A stretch of 64,000 bases of DNA from Candidatus Deferrimicrobiaceae bacterium. Its GTDB lineage: Bacteria > Desulfobacterota > Deferrimicrobia > Deferrimicrobiales > Deferrimicrobiaceae. The position numbers and the translations under genes are program-made. The notes under the pieces are model-generated. The model saw only the letters and a program-made list of their open reading frames with translations. It did not search any database and was not told the origin of the DNA. Of the stretch, positions 57,737 to 64,000 are shown one piece after another (the stretch's first letter is position 1; each line of letters opens with the position of its first letter). The stretch covers positions 448,001-512,000 of the forward strand of contig CAWBVY010000004.1 in the NCBI GenBank assembly GCA_963792415.1. The letters are read 5' to 3'.

Positions 57737-58837
57737 TTACTTCCACAGGCGGGACAAGGTTTCGCGGCGCGCGGCGGCGTCGGGCTCTCCCGCCAGGAAC
57801 TCCTCCGACAGCTTGCGCAGAAGCGCCTCCGCCTTCCCGGACGGGTCGGGCTCCGGGATCCCCGGGTGGCGCAGGGTGACCGACGGGGTGCGGAACCGGA
57901 GGATGTCGCCCGTCTCCGGGTCGAGCTTCGCCTGGAGCGCGTACCCGAGCCCGCTCGGCCCCTTGATGTTGAACATGCTGTAGACGGCGAAGTTCCCAAG
58001 GCTGTAGGCGATCAGCTTTCCGCGGTACACCTCGATCGCGCGCGGGACGTGGGGTCCGTGACCCAGCACGAGGTCGGCGCCCGCGTCCACGACGGCCCGC
58101 GCGAACCGTACGACGTTCCCCCGATCCTCCCCCAGGAACTCCTCCCCGACGTCCGCGACGCGCATCGCCGGCGCCCCTTCGGCGCCGCCGTGGAACGACA
58201 CGACGACCAGGTCGTATTTTCCCTTGAGCTTCGCCACGATCGTCCGCGCCTCCTCGATGTCCAGAAGCGGGTGGACATACCGCGTCCGCAGCGAGTAGGA
58301 GAAGCCGGCCACCGCCACGCTCTTTCCGGAGACGGTGAACACCGCAACCCGCTCCCCGCCGACCGGCCGGACCCCCGCGTTGTCGAGCGCGGCGAGGGTG
58401 TTGTCCAGCCCCTCCATCCCGAAGTCGAGGGAGTGGTTGTTCGCGACGTTCATCGCGGTGAAGCCCGCCTCCGCGAGGCGGGCGGCGTACCGCGGGGGGG
58501 TGCGGAAGGCGAAGCAGGGGGGCCCGCCGGGGACCGGCTTCGGGCACTTCGGCGATTTCTCCACGTCGGTGAGCGGCCCCTCGAGGTTGCCGAGGACGAC
58601 GTCGTTCCCGGCGAGCAGCGGCGCCACGGAGAGGAAGAGCGTCGCGCCGTCCTCCGGCGGCAGGATCGGCTCGGGGAACGTGGTCCCCATCATGACGTCG
58701 CCCACCGCCGCGACGCGGATCGCCCGGGCCGGTTCCGCCGGGACGACCGCGCCGTTGTCCTCCGCCCGCGCCGGGAGGTCGAGCGCCAGCAGCAGGACCA
58801 TTGCGAGGGCGAGATGCCGGTACATGAAGACCATCAT
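57737..58837 (-). CDS. CapA-family metallophosphatase-fold protein
   Basis: AVGDVMMG, GNLEGPL, ANNHSLDFG, VSFHGGAE, DLVLGHGPHV, YSLGNF. Confidence 0.9.
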   Translation of the reverse strand: MMVFMYRHLALAMVLLLALDLPARAEDNGAVVPAEPARAIRVAAVGDVMMGTTFPEPILPPEDGATLFLSVAPLLAGNDVVLGNLEGPLTDVEKSPKCPKPVPGGPPCFAFRTPPRYAARLAEAGFTAMNVANNHSLDFGMEGLDNTLAALDNAGVRPVGGERVAVFTVSGKSVAVAGFSYSLRTRYVHPLLDIEEARTIVAKLKGKYDLVVVSFHGGAEGAPAMRVADVGEEFLGEDRGNVVRFARAVVDAGADLVLGHGPHVPRAIEVYRGKLIAYSLGNFAVYSMFNIKGPSGLGYALQAKLDPETGDILRFRTPSVTLRHPGIPEPDPSGKAEALLRKLSEEFLAGEPDAAARRETLSRLWK

Positions 58838-58851
58838 ATAATGAACCCACG

Positions 58852-60717
58852 ATGGAATACGGGACGCAGGCGACCGGGGGGCGCGTCGATCCCCTGCCGG
58901 AGGGCGACATCCTCGAGGGGTTCGACCGGCTGATCGCCGCGGGCCGGCTCTTCGGCGCGGAACTCAACCCGACGGTCATCAAGAAGAGCGGGAAAGGGGC
59001 GCCGTTCCTCGTCTGCCCGCATCCGTCCCGCTCCCGCATGCTCGACCTGTGGCGCGACCTCTTCACGAACCGCATCCTGCCGCAGGGGCTCCTCGACGCG
59101 TTGGCCCCGGAGCTCCTGGGGCTCGCCCACGGCGACGGGCTCCTCCTGTTCGGGAAGGACCGGATCCTTTACGACTGCCACATCGCGCGAGGGGGCGAGG
59201 CGGTCGGCCACCTCACCCTCTCCTTCTACCGGGAGACCGAACCGGTGTTCCGCTTCCTCCCGTTCCCGCGCCGACCCGGCCACCGCATCGTCTACATCGA
59301 GGGGATCTCCCTCTCGGCGCAGAGCACCGGATACGCCTCCTCCCTGTTCCGCCTCTACGAACGGCTCTTCCACAACCTCGGTTTCCACCGGTTCCGCCTG
59401 AAGGCGTCCCTCTCGGTGGGAAAATATTACTGGGCGAAGGAAGGGTTCGACTGCGAGGACCGGAAGCAGTTCGCCGAAATGCGGGAGAACCTCCACGCCC
59501 TCGTCCTGCGGCTGGGTCTGCCGGTGGAGGAGCAGGAGATCCGCCGGCTGAACCACGCGAGCATGATCGCCGCATTCCGCCGCGATCTCGCGATCCCGGT
59601 CTTCCGGAACGCGGAGGGGTACTACGCCGTCGCCCGGGACGACTCGCACTCCGAGGAGTTCCGATTCCCGCTCGGGAAGGCGTTCCTCCTCTGTTCCGCC
59701 CCGTGGGACGGCTGCAAGGTGATCTACACCGACACGCCGCGGCGCACGGGGTTCGTCTGGGCGGAGAGATTCCTCGATCACGGGACCCGGGCGGGCCACG
59801 TGGAGAGCCCGAGGCGCCTGAAGGCGCTCCTCGCCGCGATCCGCGAGGGGGGGATGAGGGAAAGCCTCATCTTTCTCGAGCCGTATCTCCCCACGATGCC
59901 GTCGCTCCACGCGGTGCACGACCCGGCCTATCTCGACGCATTCCGGGAGGCGGTCGCCCGGGGGAACCGGAAATTCCTCGTGCGCGACTGCTCGATCTCG
60001 GAGGGGAGCTACGAGGTCGCGCTGCTCGCGGCGGGCGGGGTGATGGCCGGGATCGACGCGGTCTTTTCGGACCGGGCGGACAACGTTTTCTGCGCCGTGC
60101 GTCCCCCGGGGCACCATGCGGGGCGCGCCTCCGCGATGGGGTTCTGCTTCCTGAACAACGTCGCCGCCGGTGCCCGGTACGCCCGGTCCGCCTACGGCGT
60201 CGGGCGCGTCTACATCCTCGACTGGGACGTGCACCACGGCAACGGCACCCAGGCGCTGTTCGACGAGGATCCGCTCACCTTCTTCTGCAGCCTGCACGAG
60301 CACCCGTCCTTCTGCTACCCGGGGACGGGGCGCCGGCTGGAGAGGGGTGCGGGTGCGGGGCGGGGAGCCACCCTGAACATCCCGCTGCAGCCCCACGCGG
60401 GCGACCGGGAGATGATCGAGGCGTTCGAGCGGGAAGTCGTCCCGTCGATCGAGAGGTTCCGCCCGGAATTGATCCTTCTGTCCGCCGGGTTCGACGCCCA
60501 CCGGGACGACCCGATCGCGGAGCTCGAGTGCACGGAGGACGCCTACGTCCACATGACCCGACGGGTCCTCGAACTGGCGGACCGCCACTGCCAAGGGCGC
60601 GTCGTGTCGGTGCTGGAAGGCGGGTATCGCATCGAGTCGCTGGTCTCCTCGGCGATCGCACACATCCGAACGTTGCAGGGAAGGGAGGTACCGCCATGTT
60701 CGTCGGCCGGAGGATGA
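58852..60717 (+). CDS. Zn-dependent histone deacetylase-family (AcuC-like) protein with N-terminal GNAT-like domain
   Basis: C-terminal HVESPRRL, RPPGHHA, GFCFLNN, DWDVHHGNGTQ, SAGFDAH, LEGGY; N-terminal region of about 295 aa includes YIEGISLSAQSTGYASSLF...YYWAKEGF. Confidence 0.9.
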   Translation: MEYGTQATGGRVDPLPEGDILEGFDRLIAAGRLFGAELNPTVIKKSGKGAPFLVCPHPSRSRMLDLWRDLFTNRILPQGLLDALAPELLGLAHGDGLLLFGKDRILYDCHIARGGEAVGHLTLSFYRETEPVFRFLPFPRRPGHRIVYIEGISLSAQSTGYASSLFRLYERLFHNLGFHRFRLKASLSVGKYYWAKEGFDCEDRKQFAEMRENLHALVLRLGLPVEEQEIRRLNHASMIAAFRRDLAIPVFRNAEGYYAVARDDSHSEEFRFPLGKAFLLCSAPWDGCKVIYTDTPRRTGFVWAERFLDHGTRAGHVESPRRLKALLAAIREGGMRESLIFLEPYLPTMPSLHAVHDPAYLDAFREAVARGNRKFLVRDCSISEGSYEVALLAAGGVMAGIDAVFSDRADNVFCAVRPPGHHAGRASAMGFCFLNNVAAGARYARSAYGVGRVYILDWDVHHGNGTQALFDEDPLTFFCSLHEHPSFCYPGTGRRLERGAGAGRGATLNIPLQPHAGDREMIEAFEREVVPSIERFRPELILLSAGFDAHRDDPIAELECTEDAYVHMTRRVLELADRHCQGRVVSVLEGGYRIESLVSSAIAHIRTLQGREVPPCSSAGG

Positions 60718-61337
60718 AACGGGAGATGGTGACCGTCACGCCCGGGGCGACCCTCGAGGAAGCGGCCCGGCTCCTCAAGGCCCACCGGATCCATCACCTC
60801 CCGGTGGTGGAGGAGGGGGACCGCCTCGCGGGGATCGTCTCCGACACGGATTTGAGGAACGCGACCCTCGACGGGATGTCCGGCGGCGCTGACCATGGCG
60901 ATTCCGGCCGCCCCGCGACCGTGGTGGAGATCATGACGCGGGACGTGGTGACCCTCTCCCCGGGGGACACGCTGGACGACGCGATGCTGGTTCTGACCCA
61001 CGAGAGGATCGGCGCCCTGCCGGTGGTCGAGGGGGAGCGCCTGGTGGGGATCGTCACGAAGGCGGACATACTCACGGCCCTGTTGTCCACACTCGACGTC
61101 GAAGGGCTGGGGGTCCGGATCGAGGTCGTCCTGCCGCGGGATGTAAGGGAGGTGGCCCGCCTGGTCGGCGTGCTCGGGGACCTGCAGGCGGAAGTGCGCA
61201 GTCTCGTGCTGGCCCCCCACGGGGCCGAGGGGTACGCCGCGTTCGTCCGGGTGGCGACGATCGACGTCGGTTCCCTGAAGGGGCGACTGCGGGGGGCGGG
61301 GTTCAAGGTCCCGGAGGTCTCGGAATTCCTGGAGTGA
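60696..61337 (+). CDS. AcuB-like CBS-pair + ACT-like protein
   Basis: MFVGRRM..VTVTP, IHHLPVV..GIVSDTDL, IGALPVV..GIVTKADIL, followed by a C-terminal ACT-like domain; GGAGG RBS. Confidence 0.88.
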   Translation: MFVGRRMKREMVTVTPGATLEEAARLLKAHRIHHLPVVEEGDRLAGIVSDTDLRNATLDGMSGGADHGDSGRPATVVEIMTRDVVTLSPGDTLDDAMLVLTHERIGALPVVEGERLVGIVTKADILTALLSTLDVEGLGVRIEVVLPRDVREVARLVGVLGDLQAEVRSLVLAPHGAEGYAAFVRVATIDVGSLKGRLRGAGFKVPEVSEFLE

Positions 61338-61388
61338 CCCGGGGATCGCACCGGCGGACTTTACGCGGTTCTTTGGCGGTTCTTTGGC

Positions 61389-61417
61389 TTGACACCACCG
61401 ACGGCGCATCATTTAAT
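61389..61417 (+). promoter_or_regulatory. Sigma70 promoter upstream of dabA
   Basis: TTGACA-N17-TTTAAT. Confidence 0.65.
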
Positions 61418-61533
61418 GTCTGGAATTTTCCCGGCGCCGCTGGGGCCGTCGGCATGTGGCGCCATTCGCCTAAAATAGTCCCATCAACAGCCGGCTCATG
61501 GCATGTTGGCCGCTCTTACGGGGGGAACCGCGA

Positions 61534-64000
61534 GTGACCTACGTACTCGTTCCGCAGCCGGATCCTGTCACCGACGCAGATCGCCAGCGGCTGCTGGCCG
61601 CGGTCGCCCTCGCAAGCGAGGCCGTCGCGCCGTTTTATCCGATGCGGACGTTCATCCACCACAATCCCCTCCACGGCCTCGAGCATCTGCCGTTCGACGA
61701 GGCGATCCGGAAAGGCCGGAAATTGACCGGTGGCAACGGTTACCTGTCCAACGAGGAGTATCGCGGCCTTCTCGCGGATGGGCGCATCGGCAAGGGCGAT
61801 TTGAGGAACGCGATACGGCGGCTCGCTCCCGGGTTGGACGAGCACGGCGGAGTTGCCGTGGGGAGGCACCGGATCGACCCGCTCGACGTGCTTGAAATCC
61901 ACCTGGTCTACGGGATCGACCCGATCGAGCCGGAAGCCTTCCGCGACATGGTTCGCAAGAAAGGGGTACATCGGCGGTTTTGCCCGGATCTGCCGTCCAA
62001 CCTCCGTGGCAGGCTGCAGGCCGCCGCCGGGGGCATGCGGGCCGCCGATCCGCCCCGCGTGCCGGATAGGACGTCGGACCCGGAGACCCGGATCGCATCG
62101 GAGCTCTGGTCGGCCGTTCTGTACGCTCTTGATCTCGACCGGACGGCGCCGGACGGGCTGAACGGGCAAGGCGGGGTCGTTGAGGAGGAAGCCGTCGAGC
62201 GAGAGGCCCGGATCCTGGCAGCCGCCGGGACGGATGCCGTCGAGGCCGCAGCCGCGTCGGCGGGCCTGGAGATGCTGGCCGGCGACCTGAGGGGCATCGG
62301 CGAGGGGATGACCGTGGGAGAGTGGTGCGGCCGGCTGGCGGGCGTGGACATCGTCGGCGTGATCAACCGGGAAATGATCAAGTGGTGTTCGGCCTTTCTG
62401 GATCAGGGGATGGCGATGTGGGAGGCCCCCGGCAGGGAGAAGGGGTACTACGCCTTCTGGCGGGACCTCGCCGCGCGCGATTTCTCGGGGCGGTTCCTCG
62501 GGATCAGGGGATTTCGCGGCCTTGTGGAGCGCCTGCCGGATACGCCCGAGGATGCGCTCATCGGGAGCTTGCGTGCGCTGGGAAATACCGACAAGAGCTG
62601 GATCGAATACCTCGAGCGTCACCTTGCCCAGCTGCCCGGATGGGCCGGGTTCGTGAAGTGGCGATCCGAGTCGCACGATTACCGGTGGCAGCGGCGGTAC
62701 CCGATCGAGCTGGTCGATTATCTCGCGGTGCGGATGTTCTACGAACGTCAGCTTGTGGATGCGTGCTGCCGGGATACCTGGGAAGTCGAGGGGACGGTGC
62801 AGGCGCTGGCGGGTTATTTCCGTCGCCGTCCCGCCGAGTATTTTGCGCGCCGGCGATCCGCCGAGGCGAGCGTCCCGGCCGTCGCAACTCCGCATCAACC
62901 GGTCCGCGGGCGGGTACCTGCGTCGGACGGGGCCTGGGACCGGTTCGGCCGGATCCTGCGTCTCTGCGACGAAACCTCCAGGCGCGATCCGTGGTCGGCG
63001 CTCGGCCGGAACGCCTGGCGCCTGTTCCGCCTCGCGCAGTTCCTGGGGCTCTCGCCGGCGGGGGTCCGGCGCATGCCCATGGAGGATGCACGGGCGTTGC
63101 TGGCGATCCTCGACCGCGTGCCGCCCGACGCGCACGGCCCGATATGGCTTGAGGCCCACGAAGCGAATTACAGGGACACGCTGCTTTCCCGGCTGGCCGC
63201 AAACAGGAGCGGCGATCCCGGTGTCTCCTCCCGGTCCGGGCGGCGTCCCCTGGCGCAGGCGATCTTCTGCATCGACGTGCGCTCCGAGGGCTTCCGCAGG
63301 CACCTCGAAGCCGTGGGCGATACTGAAACGCTAGGTTTTGCCGGCTTTTTCGGTGTTCCCATCGGGTTCCGCGGGTTCGGGCAGCAGGAGGATGCGGCGC
63401 TCTGCCCTGTCCTGATCAAGCCGAAGTGCGTGGTGGTCGAGTTTCCGCGCGGGGGGGCGGAGCGGGAGGGGGAACGGGCGCTGAGGGGTCTTGCGTGGGA
63501 CGGCGTCGTCCACGGCGTCGTGCAACGGCTCGAGCGCCATTTTGCGGCCTCCTACGCGCTGGTCGACCTGCTCGGAGGCTTTTTCGGCCTCTCGCTCGTC
63601 GGCCGCACTCTGTTCCCGGGCGCGTCGCGCCGCCTGGCCTCCCGCCTCCATCACGCCGTGGTTCCGCCGGCGGCGACGGGGCTTACCGTGGGGAAGATCG
63701 ACCAGAAGAAAGCCGAGGAACTCGTCGCCGGCCTCGACCCGCCTGAACGCGCCGCCCGCCTCGAGCGGTTGGGGACGCAGGGTTTCGGCAGGGAGGAACA
63801 GGCCCTCTACATCGAAACCGGGCTTCGCACCATGGGCCTGACCGGCGCGTTCGCGCATCTTGTCCTCGTCTGCGGCCACGGGAGCGAGTCGACCAACAAC
63901 CCCTACGCTGCAGCGCTGGATTGCGGCGCCTGCGGGGGGAGCCATGGCGGGCCGAACGCCCGCGTGTTCGCCATGCTGGCGAACAACCCTTCGGTCCGGG
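61534..64000 (+). CDS. dabA: Inorganic carbon transporter subunit DabA (DUF2309), runs off the window end; absent from the ORF track
   Basis: Single frame from GTG 61534: APFYPMRTFIHHNPLHGLE, LPGWAGF, QAIFCIDVRSEGFRRHLE..TLGFAGFFG, CGHGS...NNPYAAALDCGACGG..GGPNAR. Confidence 0.92.
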   Translation, partial: MTYVLVPQPDPVTDADRQRLLAAVALASEAVAPFYPMRTFIHHNPLHGLEHLPFDEAIRKGRKLTGGNGYLSNEEYRGLLADGRIGKGDLRNAIRRLAPGLDEHGGVAVGRHRIDPLDVLEIHLVYGIDPIEPEAFRDMVRKKGVHRRFCPDLPSNLRGRLQAAAGGMRAADPPRVPDRTSDPETRIASELWSAVLYALDLDRTAPDGLNGQGGVVEEEAVEREARILAAAGTDAVEAAAASAGLEMLAGDLRGIGEGMTVGEWCGRLAGVDIVGVINREMIKWCSAFLDQGMAMWEAPGREKGYYAFWRDLAARDFSGRFLGIRGFRGLVERLPDTPEDALIGSLRALGNTDKSWIEYLERHLAQLPGWAGFVKWRSESHDYRWQRRYPIELVDYLAVRMFYERQLVDACCRDTWEVEGTVQALAGYFRRRPAEYFARRRSAEASVPAVATPHQPVRGRVPASDGAWDRFGRILRLCDETSRRDPWSALGRNAWRLFRLAQFLGLSPAGVRRMPMEDARALLAILDRVPPDAHGPIWLEAHEANYRDTLLSRLAANRSGDPGVSSRSGRRPLAQAIFCIDVRSEGFRRHLEAVGDTETLGFAGFFGVPIGFRGFGQQEDAALCPVLIKPKCVVVEFPRGGAEREGERALRGLAWDGVVHGVVQRLERHFAASYALVDLLGGFFGLSLVGRTLFPGASRRLASRLHHAVVPPAATGLTVGKIDQKKAEELVAGLDPPERAARLERLGTQGFGREEQALYIETGLRTMGLTGAFAHLVLVCGHGSESTNNPYAAALDCGACGGSHGGPNARVFAMLANNPSVR

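Noticed and set aside
57737-58837. capA as evidence for poly-gamma-glutamate capsule synthesis
   Set aside because: No capB/capC nearby; stand-alone CapA-domain genes are common.
60700-60717. HDAC C-terminus CSSAGG-TGA as a Sec site
   Set aside because: This stretch is dictated by the overlapping acuB start (ATG TTC GTC GGC CGG AGG ATG A); no convincing SECIS.
61499-61514. TGGCATGTTGGCCGCT as a sigma54 promoter for dabA
   Set aside because: GG-N10-GC spacing is present but the -12 element is poor, and a good sigma70 promoter lies upstream.

Overview
High-GC bacterial chromosome segment; the gene content (recR followed by mglBA, a sigma54 operon) suggests a deltaproteobacterium-like anaerobe, which is inference only. 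From left to right: (1) the end of a sigma54 activator and a small sigma54-driven operon (DUF2892, FmdB zinc-ribbon protein, tiny membrane peptide, DUF302 remnant), in which two consecutive ORFs end in UGA followed by SECIS-like hairpins and are candidate selenoproteins; (2) folE, a ferritin-like gene, tadA, cls and tRNA-Ser(CGA); (3) a ~36 kb trehalose/alpha-glucan and osmotic-stress island between tRNA-Ser and the SRP RNA, carrying TreT, a sensor-fused OtsA, two OtsB, TreY/TreZ, TreS-Mak, GlgE/GlgB/MalQ, GH57, a GH100-like hydrolase, two MscS, CLC, NhaP, GGDEF and APC-USP, with a shared palindromic operator in four promoters and a MarR gene; (4) ffs-dnaX-ybaB-recR, where dnaX has an A9 slippage-like site and an in-frame amplified palindromic repeat; (5) a two-gene fused 2-oxoacid:ferredoxin oxidoreductase, mglBA, a UbiV/UbiU-like U32 pair, a MITE-like element, a Liv-type ABC transporter, LysM-NlpC/P60 and CapA; (6) a GNAT-like/HDAC fusion with AcuB, and the start of dabA. 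No CRISPR array, integrase or transposase was seen. All calls come from motif recognition by eye; no searches were run.
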